This document shows positions 1 to 8,835 of a stretch of 64,000 bases of DNA, piece by piece. The position numbers and the translations under genes were made by a program. Source of the DNA: a virus; IMG/VR virus record IMGVR_UViG_3300037722_000699, positions 3,713 through 67,712 of that record, one strand, 5' to 3'. The number at the start of each line of letters is the position of its first letter. Position 1 is the stretch's first letter. The notes below the pieces were generated by a model. That model was not told where the DNA came from. It made no database searches and saw only the letters and a list, made by a program, of their open reading frames with translations.

Positions 1-71
1 GCGCCGCGACCTTAACGACAAGCGCGTCGATCTGTTCTTGCGTTGCGGGCATTGCTGTGCAGCCTTAGGGA

Positions 72-1343
72 TCAGCCGCCGATTTCAGACGGCATCAGCC
101 GGTGCGGCCGGGCCGGCACATACCCGGCCGGCAGTCCAAAGTGAAAGTCCCGGCCGTTCCTCATGATCTTGCCGGCGCACTTCTCGTTGAAATCGAAGCC
201 GGGGTCGGTTTCGCTGGTGACCGGACGCCCCTTGTGCAGCAGCTTGTCGAGGTAGAGCGATGTGGTCTGCTGCGGGTAGGGATACTTGCCCGGGTCCAGA
301 TCATCGCAGAGCGGATTCTGCCCGTTCTTGCGGATCGTCGCTTCAAGGCCCAGGTGGACCAGATTGTTGCGGCTTTCATTGGTGACATCGCTGATAATGC
401 CGTCACCTCCCTTGACCTCGATCAGCGCCCAGCCGACCGACTTGCCGATGCCCCTGAGGCAAATGATCTCGAAGTAGCGCACGCTGCCGACCCATTTGCG
501 GCTCGGCGTGTTGTAACCGCCGTGCAGGCGCACGCCCGCCGTCCGGCCGACACCACCCACGATCGTGCAGTCGCGCAACAGGAACTTGCCGCCCTGTTTG
601 GAGCCATCGACCGATGGCCCGGTCGGATGCAGAAACAGGCTGTTCTGGATCGTCACCAGGTCGTCGCCGCCCGGCGTGAAGGGGATACTGTTCCATGCTT
701 TCTGCGAGCTGCTGGAACCTGGCCCGCTCCAGACGGGATGAACCGCGCCATCACCGACATAAACGTTGTCGGTCAGCAGGGTGCGCTGGTAGGCCGAGTC
801 CCGCACCATGACGTCGCCGGAAATCCGGCACCAGTACACGACAGGATCCTCGCCCAACAGGTCCATGTACTCGATGCCAAGCCGAGAGAAGGTCGCACCG
901 TCGCACTCGACATCAAACGACACGTCCGTGGTGCGCGGCTGGAACGCCGCCCCCGCCGCTTCGGCCGCGTCCTGATTGGCAGGTGCGCGGTAGGCCTTCG
1001 ACCCCGGTTGCCAGGGCGCACCCATGATGTGCGGCGCATGCGGGCCGGTGACGCGCAATTTGCTCGCCCCCCAGCCACGGCCCGGCGGCAGGATGATGCG
1101 CTGCCCCCGCCTCGACCGCTTGGCTAGCGCGGCCTGCACGGCCGACATGGTCAGCTCCGAAACGTGGATATCGTCGGGCTGTGGGCCTGGGCCTGGGTCT
1201 GGGTCTGGCTCGGGATCAGGCCTCGGGTCCGGCTCGGGTTTTGGCGTGCTCTCAAGTACGGTGAGGCGCTGTTCGGCCGCCCCCACGCGGACGGCTAAAG
1301 CCGCCAGCGCCGCGTCAAGCGTGACGCCCGGAAAATCAGGCAT
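72..1343 (-). CDS. Putative virion-associated beta-helix (tailspike/depolymerase-like) protein with Pro/Asp-rich linker
   Basis: 423-aa ORF at the end of the late operon. Linker PKPEPDPRPDPEPDPDPGPGP is followed by AVQAALAKRSRRGQRIILPPG, which resembles the N-cap of pectate-lyase-like beta-helices. SD AGGAG upstream. Function tentative. Confidence 0.5.
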   Translation of the reverse strand: MPDFPGVTLDAALAALAVRVGAAEQRLTVLESTPKPEPDPRPDPEPDPDPGPGPQPDDIHVSELTMSAVQAALAKRSRRGQRIILPPGRGWGASKLRVTGPHAPHIMGAPWQPGSKAYRAPANQDAAEAAGAAFQPRTTDVSFDVECDGATFSRLGIEYMDLLGEDPVVYWCRISGDVMVRDSAYQRTLLTDNVYVGDGAVHPVWSGPGSSSSQKAWNSIPFTPGGDDLVTIQNSLFLHPTGPSVDGSKQGGKFLLRDCTIVGGVGRTAGVRLHGGYNTPSRKWVGSVRYFEIICLRGIGKSVGWALIEVKGGDGIISDVTNESRNNLVHLGLEATIRKNGQNPLCDDLDPGKYPYPQQTTSLYLDKLLHKGRPVTSETDPGFDFNEKCAGKIMRNGRDFHFGLPAGYVPARPHRLMPSEIGG

Positions 1344-1401
1344 GGGGAAACTCCTAGTTTAGGGTGGGGGTCAGGCGGAGGGAGTCAGCGGGGTTGCCAT
1401 T

Positions 1402-1572
1402 TCAGCGCCACTCCCGCACGGGCAGCTTCTGCCGCGCCGCGAGTGCGGCCTTGATCCGGTACATGGCCGTCTCTTGCTCGTCTTGGCTGATCGGGAAATA
1501 GTGGTCGCGGCCGTCGTGGCGGATCAGCAGCTCGTCGCCCTTGCCACGGTCGATAATGTGAAGGCCGGTCAT
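1402..1572 (-). CDS. Small hypothetical protein
   Basis: ATG at 1572 overlaps the upstream stop (ATGA coupling). Confidence 0.55.
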   Translation of the reverse strand: MTGLHIIDRGKGDELLIRHDGRDHYFPISQDEQETAMYRIKAALAARQKLPVREWR

Positions 1573-1904
1573 CGCGGGCCGCCGAAGCTCGTTCGCCAAA
1601 CCTCCAGCGAATCCAGGCGGCGCTGCATATCGACGATGGAGTAGACCAGGGCGGTGCGCCGGCCTTGCTCGGACTTCACGTCGCCAAGGATCTCAAGCGC
1701 GCGGTCGAGGTCTTTGCCGATGCCAATGATGGCGTCCTGGTTATCCAGGGTCGTGCTGGCTTGCCAGCCGGCCCAGGCCAGCAGGGCTGCCATGCCGACC
1801 GTCCGGACGAACGACCAGAGGCCGGTTTCGACGCGCTTGACGCGATCGAACAGGGCCGCCAGTTGCGCCTTGTCGCCGTTGCCATTGGGGGTGAACAGGC
1901 TCAT
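1569..1904 (-). CDS. Single-TM membrane protein with coiled coil (holin-like candidate)
   Basis: Hydrophobic segment LWSFVRTVGMAALLAWAGW; coupled to both neighbours. Confidence 0.55.
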   Translation of the reverse strand: MSLFTPNGNGDKAQLAALFDRVKRVETGLWSFVRTVGMAALLAWAGWQASTTLDNQDAIIGIGKDLDRALEILGDVKSEQGRRTALVYSIVDMQRRLDSLEVWRTSFGGPR

Positions 1905-2776
1905 TCGTTTGCGGCTTCTTCCGGCTCATCTGCATCGCCCAGGATGAAGCCGTGATCGTGGGCACGGAGAAACGCCCTGACGGTCTCCATCGTGATCGCC
2001 CATGCCATGTGAGTGACGATCGCGCCCCAGGTGGCCGATACGCGCGACGGCACGCCGATCATCTCATAGCAGGCGCAGTCGTCATTCCGGTGGAACAGCG
2101 CGCCGCCGGAGTTGCCGAAGATGATGGGCGCGGTTGAAAGCAGGTAGGGATAGCTGGCGATCTGCTCGTGCCCGTAGGCATAGACGCCCTCAGACATGAA
2201 GGGCGGCTTGCCGAGCCCGCCGCCAACGGCGAAGACCGTTTCCGACATGTAAAGCTCGTCGCCTTCGGGCATCAGCCGTGCGACATTCGGCGCTCCGGTC
2301 TCCCGGTCACGTACCTTCAGGAGTGCCAGGTCGGCCGCCTCGTCATAGGCCACGATGTCGGCCGTCTTGCCGCGCGTGCCGATGAAAACAGAGAGATCGT
2401 TGTAGTCGTGCCACAGCACCTTGACGGCCTCGCGACGCTCTTTCTTGACCTCTTCCTGCTCGCGCGGGTCCCACTCTTCCTCGACCTTCACCGCGCTCGC
2501 GATGACATGGAAGTTGGTCAGGACGAAAGTCTGCATGTGGTCGTCGCGCTTCTGCGAATAGATGACAGTGCCGGACCCCCTGCCCTGCTTCGCCTCGACC
2601 TGCACCACGGTGTAGAGCATCTGCTCGTGCCGGATGATTAGGTCTGGGTCTTGGGCGGTGACAGGCTGTGCCCAGAGCGTGACGGCCAGGGTTATCCACA
2701 GGCCGCAATGTGCCAAATGACACACTTTGGCCATCTTAACGAAGGTTAACGTATGCTTGCTCATGACCCTCTCCAT
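1901..2776 (-). CDS. Trypsin-like (S1) serine protease without PDZ domain, probable signal peptide
   Basis: Catalytic triad motifs TNFHVI (His), ADLALL (Asp) and GNSGGALF (Ser); hydrophobic N-terminal segment. Confidence 0.9.
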   Translation of the reverse strand: MERVMSKHTLTFVKMAKVCHLAHCGLWITLAVTLWAQPVTAQDPDLIIRHEQMLYTVVQVEAKQGRGSGTVIYSQKRDDHMQTFVLTNFHVIASAVKVEEEWDPREQEEVKKERREAVKVLWHDYNDLSVFIGTRGKTADIVAYDEAADLALLKVRDRETGAPNVARLMPEGDELYMSETVFAVGGGLGKPPFMSEGVYAYGHEQIASYPYLLSTAPIIFGNSGGALFHRNDDCACYEMIGVPSRVSATWGAIVTHMAWAITMETVRAFLRAHDHGFILGDADEPEEAANE

Positions 2777-2892
2777 ATCAGGGGGTTGTGGCCCTAGCCC
2801 GGCTTTCGGGCTGGGCGGGGGCCTCGGCTCCTGCTGTACACAGGGGCCGGGGCGCCGGAGGACTGGAGGTTGTCTGTACGGCAGGGCGCCGG

Positions 2893-5589
2893 CTATTCGG
2901 TATCTTGGGATAGCGCGCTAGCGCCCACGCTCCCGAAAAACGCGGCAGCACGTCGGCTTTGAATGTCTGTGTTGGCAAGCTTGATCAAATCGCGCAAATC
3001 ATCCGGATTCAAAATGGTCCGCACCAGCACGCGATTGGCGGCGCCTTGACGGACTCGGTTGAAGGCTGTCAGACCGCGCCCCGCCATGGTGAAGATGCCG
3101 ACGTACCACCTCGCCAGCCCATTGAGAGTTCGATTCCAAAGCGACGTGGCCGACGTATTCGGGAAGCGGGTTTCCTTGGAAGCCAGCCGTAGGGCATTGT
3201 TGAGTTGCGTCAGATCCTTGACGTATTGCTCGCCAAACAACTCTTTCAGCACCAGCGAATGCCCGCCTTCTCCGCCTTTACCAAACAGGAAATCCTCCAG
3301 CTTGGCATGGTTCAACTGCCGCTCACCGTGGGCGAACTGCCCCATGACACGATCGGCAATGACCTTTCTTGCCTCAGCCTGCACGCCGCGCAACACGTCA
3401 GGCGCCTTCTCGCGCCTCAGAATGCCGACCAACTCTCGCGCCTTTGCAGGATTTTTGGGGTCCAGGACCAGGGAGAGCAGCTTGCCGGGGCTGTTTATGT
3501 CGGCAAGCTCGGCCTCAAAGGTCTTGTTGATCGCACCCAGCGCCCGCTTGCGCGCTTCCTCGCGGGCCTGCAGGACACGCTCGGCATTGCCGGGCCGGCG
3601 AAGCAGGCGCATTTCGTCCTTGGTGAAGAACAGCTCCATTTGCTTGCCGCGGTCGCGCATGAACTGCTCGTGCTTGCGCAGATTGACCCGGCCTTCATCC
3701 GCAATCCCGACCGTCCGCTTATAGAAGTTGACCAGCGATTCCCTCATGGCCTGCATGGCCTGAGGATCATTCCGAATCAGCGCATGGACTTCTTCCGCCC
3801 CGCGCCTACCGCCGGTTATGATGGACGTGCGGAACACGTTCTCGTCCGCGATCTGGAAATTGGCATTCCGGCCGCCACTGCGCTCCATCAGCTTGCCGAC
3901 CGTACCTTCGTCCAGCCGGGCCTTTTCCTGGGCGTAGCGACGAATGAACTGGTCGTACTGTTCGCGCAATGGATTCGCCTGGCTGCTCTCGCGCAAGTCC
4001 TTTTCCAACGCGCGAGCAAGGCGCCCATAGGCAGCGGGGGCCGGTTCTTCGGTTGATAGCCCTTTCGAGGAAATGCGTTGCGCGCGCTTCAGGGCCGAGA
4101 TCGCTTCCCATGTCTCGGCGAATGTAAACCGGGCCTGAGGATCATAGAGCCGGTTTAGGATGCCAAGCTCTTCGTCAGTGAATTCCGGGCCAACAAGCCC
4201 ACGCTGCGGCTGTTGCAACCTTGGGAACAGCGCCCGCCTTACTGTCGCATCGATATCGCGCACAACAGTCTGCAGGTTGCTGTTCTTGATGAATGGCGCG
4301 CCACCGGCAAGATCGTCCAGCGCCCTGGCCCCTTCCCGCGCCCAATCGGTAAAGGCCTGCTGTTCGCTGTCTCCAACCTCTCTCAGAAGCGGCCCCAAAT
4401 CCTCATAGGGGCGGTCTTTGAGTGACGTGACGGCACGGTCAAGTTCCGCTTCGGCTAGGCTCACCCCTTGATCTGCGCGACGCGTGCTGCGGTCCAGCGC
4501 ACCCTGGGCGACTTCCCGGACCCGGCCCTGTACTTGCTCGCCAGTCAGGCGGCTCTGATAGCCGCTGTTGATGACCTTGTTGAACTCTCGCAGGGCAGCG
4601 CTTTGCTCCTTTTCCCATGCTCCAAAGACCGCGCGCCACTCGGGAGAGCGCCGCAACATGTCTTCTATGGCCATGATATCTTCGTCGCCACTGGCTTGGC
4701 CGAGACTGAATTTCAGTCTCTCAGCACCAATGCGGGCGTTGATCGCGTCGGCCAATTCCTGGGCGGTTTCCAGTTCAGGCCCCAGCGCCTTCAGCGTCTC
4801 AGACGGAATGACCCGGCCCTGGACAATGCGAATGACCGCCTGTCCGATCCTGGTCAGAGCCGCCGCACCCACGCCGCCAGCAGCAGAAATGCCACCTTCC
4901 TTCAGGGCGCTCTCAATCATCTGCTCTTCGGTGATGTTCTCATTGATGCCAAGGTCTCGGCCAAGAGAGAGACGGAGTATCTCGCCCGCGAAGGCCCCCA
5001 TGGCACTCGCCGCGACGACCTTTGTCGGGCTCTTCGCCGCGATGGCCACCAAGGCCCCCATGGCCATTTCCGTGCCAACCACCATGGCGGGGCCGCCAAG
5101 CGTCTGCAGCCCTTCCAGGGTTGCCCCGGGAGGCGTCACCAGGGCATAGCGGCCCGTGTCCTCGTCCAGGTATTCCAGCACGCCAGTCTCAGGGCCTATC
5201 CTGACCGGTATGTCGCGCCCAAGCTGGTTGCGGATTGATCTTTCATAAGCCAGCCGCCGGTTTTCATCATCGTAAGCCAGCGAGGCCAGGAAGTGCCCGG
5301 CCGGGGCTGCCTTGTCGGAGACCACGCCCGCGTCGGCCGCCTTCTTGACGATCTCAGGCAGCTTGGGCGTGATGTCCAGTTCCATGGGGCCGGCCGGGTC
5401 AGTGATCGGCGACACGGGCTCTGGCGGCCTTGCCAGGGGGCTTACGTCAAGCGCGGGCGGGCCTGTTTCCTCGGGCGGGCTCTGGCGGCGCTGCAGCTCT
5501 TCGCCCAAAACCTTCTGCCAGTCGGCCGACTCTGCCGGCGCAGAATCCCGACGCCGCAGCTCTTCTTGAAGAATGCTTTCAACACCCAT
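2893..5589 (-). CDS. Large internal virion / DNA ejection protein (P22 gp16-like position)
   Basis: 898 aa, helical and Ala/Arg/Glu-rich, with central Gly/Ala hydrophobic segments. Last of the genes following the tail nozzle and fibre. Positional inference. Confidence 0.7.
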   Translation of the reverse strand: MGVESILQEELRRRDSAPAESADWQKVLGEELQRRQSPPEETGPPALDVSPLARPPEPVSPITDPAGPMELDITPKLPEIVKKAADAGVVSDKAAPAGHFLASLAYDDENRRLAYERSIRNQLGRDIPVRIGPETGVLEYLDEDTGRYALVTPPGATLEGLQTLGGPAMVVGTEMAMGALVAIAAKSPTKVVAASAMGAFAGEILRLSLGRDLGINENITEEQMIESALKEGGISAAGGVGAAALTRIGQAVIRIVQGRVIPSETLKALGPELETAQELADAINARIGAERLKFSLGQASGDEDIMAIEDMLRRSPEWRAVFGAWEKEQSAALREFNKVINSGYQSRLTGEQVQGRVREVAQGALDRSTRRADQGVSLAEAELDRAVTSLKDRPYEDLGPLLREVGDSEQQAFTDWAREGARALDDLAGGAPFIKNSNLQTVVRDIDATVRRALFPRLQQPQRGLVGPEFTDEELGILNRLYDPQARFTFAETWEAISALKRAQRISSKGLSTEEPAPAAYGRLARALEKDLRESSQANPLREQYDQFIRRYAQEKARLDEGTVGKLMERSGGRNANFQIADENVFRTSIITGGRRGAEEVHALIRNDPQAMQAMRESLVNFYKRTVGIADEGRVNLRKHEQFMRDRGKQMELFFTKDEMRLLRRPGNAERVLQAREEARKRALGAINKTFEAELADINSPGKLLSLVLDPKNPAKARELVGILRREKAPDVLRGVQAEARKVIADRVMGQFAHGERQLNHAKLEDFLFGKGGEGGHSLVLKELFGEQYVKDLTQLNNALRLASKETRFPNTSATSLWNRTLNGLARWYVGIFTMAGRGLTAFNRVRQGAANRVLVRTILNPDDLRDLIKLANTDIQSRRAAAFFGSVGASALSQDTE

Positions 5590-5595
5590 CGTTTG

Positions 5596-7404
5596 TCACC
5601 CGCGGATTCCCAGATTCGGGACAGCAGGAGTCGTCACGGGAACGCCCGTCGGCTTGGCCCCGGAGCCGCTAAGCGCTCTCTTGATTTCCTCATCCGACAT
5701 ACGCGCGGCAGCCTTCTCCATCTGTTCTTTGCTCATACCCTCGAACAGCAACGAGGGCGGGCGCGGCCCTATATCGGTCTGCACACTGTCCCGGCGCGTT
5801 TCGTCCATGCGCAGCGCCACGCTGTCGAGAACCTTGATGAAGGATTCCGGGTTGCCGGTCGAAGAGCCGATGGTACGAATTGCCGCCTGGATATCCTTAT
5901 CAGACAGGCGCGCGCCTTCCCGAGAGCGGGCCAGAGCAAACGCAAGATCAGTCACCATGCTCTGCATGACGGCGTTCTCGATGCCGATCTCGCGGAAGGT
6001 CTCCAGGTAGGCAGTCGGATCGGTCGAGGCCTCGACTTCAATCCCGGCCAGCTTCGCGAGTCCGATCGCATTGCCGCGCAAATCGGTTGCGAGCTTGGCC
6101 AGGGCACCCGGAGCAGACAGCAGTTCCGGCTTTCCCTCGACCTGGGTTTGCAAACTGCGAATGATGCGCAGCCCGCCCTTGGTGGACTTTTCCTGATCCT
6201 GCAGTTCCTCAAGGCGTTCCTGGCGCGGGATCGAATAGCCCTTCTCCTGGAACTCTCCGACCGTCATTTCGTCCAGGCCGGCAAGACGGCGCACGGCGTT
6301 CGGCACCGGCTGATCCGCTTCGAACTCGCCACGGGCCTCCAGCTTCTTGCGCTCGCCTTCCGCCAAGTCTTCCGGTGTGCGGCCGACAATCGGGCGGGAC
6401 ACTTCCGCCACCTTGTTGGTGCGCAGATTCTTCTGCACCAGCACGCCGTTTTCGTTTTCATAGGGCGCGCTGAATTTGTCAGTCGCCTGATCAAGCACCT
6501 TGATTTCGCCCGTGGTGATATTCTTCTGCACCAGATTGCCGTTCACGTCCCTGGTGGGCGGCCCGAACTTGTCCGCTCCAGCGGCCTTCATGGCCGCTTC
6601 CTGCTGTATCTCGGGCGTCGTGATGCCATGGTCGAGCAGGATATTCGGGTTGCGTGTCAGGGTGCCCAGCTCTGAATTGGACAGGCGCAATTCCTCAGGT
6701 ATCACACTGCCGTTCAGTTGGCGCAACTCACCAAGGCTGACGGCTTTATCCTTCAGGAAGCTATCCGGGATTTTGCCCGCCAACTCGCCCATGACAGTCG
6801 CAAGCTTGCTCTGCACGACAGGCAGATTGCGCTCATCCGTGCTGGAGATCATGCGCTCCATGAAGTTTTCATTAGCCATCAGGTCGCCGATCTTATCCGG
6901 GTCGCCGTTTGTCAACTGTGCCACGATGGCCAGGTTTTCCTCATCGCCGAACACGTCGAGAAACTGCCGCAGATCGAATTGCTGGCCCTGCGTACCCAGC
7001 AGGATTTCGGAAAAGCCGGGGATCACGGCATCGAACTGCGCCCCGAACTGCTTGGCGAAATTCTCGCGCTGATCATCGGGGAGGCGGTTCATGACCTTCG
7101 TCGCCGTATCGAGCGCCTCGAAGCCCAGCAGCGAAGCCTTCATTTCATCGATCCGCTGCGACCGGGCAATCTGCCGTTCCTGGATCAGCCGGTCGCTCGG
7201 CAATTCCTGCCCACGCGCACCGGCCGCGAAGTTCCCCAGCACGACTCCGATGGCCCTCAGGGGGTTTTCCTCGAACAGCGGCGCGGGCTGGGCCGCAGGC
7301 TTGGACCGCGAGATCACGTTGCCCGCCGTCGTGGCCGTGTCAGTCTCACGCAAGGCATTCGTGGCCGGACGAGCCGCCAGGCCCAGGCTGAGAGGGGCTA
7401 CCAT
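5596..7404 (-). CDS. Internal virion / DNA ejection protein (gp20-like position)
   Basis: 602 aa, between the gp7-like and gp16-like genes; contains an internal tandem ~30-aa repeat. Confidence 0.65.
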   Translation of the reverse strand: MVAPLSLGLAARPATNALRETDTATTAGNVISRSKPAAQPAPLFEENPLRAIGVVLGNFAAGARGQELPSDRLIQERQIARSQRIDEMKASLLGFEALDTATKVMNRLPDDQRENFAKQFGAQFDAVIPGFSEILLGTQGQQFDLRQFLDVFGDEENLAIVAQLTNGDPDKIGDLMANENFMERMISSTDERNLPVVQSKLATVMGELAGKIPDSFLKDKAVSLGELRQLNGSVIPEELRLSNSELGTLTRNPNILLDHGITTPEIQQEAAMKAAGADKFGPPTRDVNGNLVQKNITTGEIKVLDQATDKFSAPYENENGVLVQKNLRTNKVAEVSRPIVGRTPEDLAEGERKKLEARGEFEADQPVPNAVRRLAGLDEMTVGEFQEKGYSIPRQERLEELQDQEKSTKGGLRIIRSLQTQVEGKPELLSAPGALAKLATDLRGNAIGLAKLAGIEVEASTDPTAYLETFREIGIENAVMQSMVTDLAFALARSREGARLSDKDIQAAIRTIGSSTGNPESFIKVLDSVALRMDETRRDSVQTDIGPRPPSLLFEGMSKEQMEKAAARMSDEEIKRALSGSGAKPTGVPVTTPAVPNLGIRG

Positions 7405-7458
7405 GATAGGAAAATCTTCCCTATTGCGTTCGTGGGCGGGACAACCGAAGTTTGCACC

Positions 7459-7959
7459 ATGCGTGTCCTTATCGCGTTAACCATTGCGCTGGCCGTGCTG
7501 GGCGGCGGCTGCGCCTCGGCGGTCGCAGACGAAGGTGCCAGCCTCGACAGGCTGATCGATGAGGAACTGCAACGCCGTGGCGAGGGTCGGTCGACCTTGG
7601 ATATTTTGAAAGAGGTCGAAAGTGAGGCGCAGGCGGCTGCAGACGAAGACGCCAGCGTCGACTGGAGACGGCTGCTCGAAGAGGAACTGCAGCGGCGCGG
7701 CACAGAAAAGATAGAATCCTGGGTAGGGCACCCAGCGGACGATTTGGTATTTGCCCTAGGACCACCAGCGCAAGATGTAGCTCTCAGCGACGGCAGGCGG
7801 GCGATGACCTATCAACATAGTCGCTTGCACGAAGGGACAAGCTACTACTGCACAGTGATCTTCCGAAGCACCGCAGCCGGGACCATTTCCAGCGCCAATG
7901 TTGCCATCGGCAATTTTCGTGGATGCGACCGGCTCTTGGGCTCAATCCCGGCACCCTGA
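7459..7959 (+). CDS. Lipoprotein antisense to the virion operon; candidate superinfection-exclusion protein
   Basis: ATG 7459, signal peptide MRVLIALTIALAVLGGG-C, and a C-terminal domain (SWVGHPADDLVFALGPP...YYCTVIF...GCD) typical of small lipoproteins. Carries two EELQRR motifs. Confidence 0.75.
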   Translation: MRVLIALTIALAVLGGGCASAVADEGASLDRLIDEELQRRGEGRSTLDILKEVESEAQAAADEDASVDWRRLLEEELQRRGTEKIESWVGHPADDLVFALGPPAQDVALSDGRRAMTYQHSRLHEGTSYYCTVIFRSTAAGTISSANVAIGNFRGCDRLLGSIPAP

Positions 7960-7962
7960 TCC

Positions 7963-8211
7963 ATGCGCCTGATACTCATATTGTCCATGACCCTGATGCT
8001 AGGCGGCTGCTGGGTCACCAGCACAGAAGCAATCTACGGCGGGCTGGCCCTTGGGCTCGGCTGGATCCTTGTCGACGAGGCAATCGAACACGGCGATCCG
8101 GACGATGTCAGCCCGGAAAGCTCACACCGGCTGCCTTCAGAGCCCGCGAGCACCCTGCGCTCCGAGAGCCTGGCCCGACCGCACCCCCGTACCCGCAGTG
8201 CTGCGCCCTAG
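7963..8211 (+). CDS. Small lipoprotein
   Basis: Lipobox LGGC after a hydrophobic stretch, then a second hydrophobic segment; starts 3 nt after the previous gene ends. Confidence 0.6.
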   Translation: MRLILILSMTLMLGGCWVTSTEAIYGGLALGLGWILVDEAIEHGDPDDVSPESSHRLPSEPASTLRSESLARPHPRTRSAAP

Positions 8212-8835
8212 ATCGCGCGACAGATCGCCGAGACGAGTCACGCTTCTAAACTCTTTCTTGTTCTGGATATTAGGCGCAATCGTACCGGCGCCGACGACGC
8301 CTGGCGTCTCGCCAAAGAAATTGCGCATGATCATTGAAACCACTTTCATGCCCGGCACCGCCCCGATACCCTTCATTATGGTGTAGTCGGAATCCTTAAA
8401 ACCCAATGTTACCCTGGGGCCAGACGCCCCTGGCCCTGACGCCACCGGAGACCCCGGCCCCACGACAGGCCCCTTGCCGCCACCCCTGGCCGTCGAGAGC
8501 CCAAAGGACGCCCGCCCGGCAGCCCGGTTGAAGGCCGCGAGCCGAGTGCTGGCCTGTGGATTCGGCTTGTCACTGAAGGCCCCGGTACGGCCGAAATCCG
8601 CCGTCGTGAAAAAGGCCCTCATCATGTTGCGCGCATAGGCGGCGCCCGGCCCTGGCTGGCTGGTATCCACGACAGGCAGCCCGGTATGCGGGTTGACGAG
8701 TCCCTGTGGCCCCCCGCCACGCTCACGGGCATCCCGCCTGGCATTGTCCTCAATGGCCTGGAGGGGTATCAGGCCCTCTGCGGGGCGCTGCTGGTGACCT
8801 AGGCCGGCTTCCTTGATATCTGAGGCTGATGGCAT
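8137..8835 (-). CDS. Putative internal virion protein
   Basis: GLVNPHTGLP matches the NPxTGL motif of podovirus internal proteins; Gly-rich; coupled to the gp7-like gene. Confidence 0.55.
   Translation of the reverse strand: MPSASDIKEAGLGHQQRPAEGLIPLQAIEDNARRDARERGGGPQGLVNPHTGLPVVDTSQPGPGAAYARNMMRAFFTTADFGRTGAFSDKPNPQASTRLAAFNRAAGRASFGLSTARGGGKGPVVGPGSPVASGPGASGPRVTLGFKDSDYTIMKGIGAVPGMKVVSMIMRNFFGETPGVVGAGTIAPNIQNKKEFRSVTRLGDLSRDLGRSTAGTGVRSGQALGAQGARGL

Noticed and set aside
2778-2978. 66-aa Pro-rich ORF between the protease and the ejection gene
   Set aside because: Overlaps the 898-aa gene, has no convincing SD and is low complexity; may be intergenic.
6718-7458. N-terminal extension of the lipoprotein ORF to 413 aa
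   Set aside because: It lies antisense to the ejection gene, and the signal peptide only makes sense from ATG 7459.
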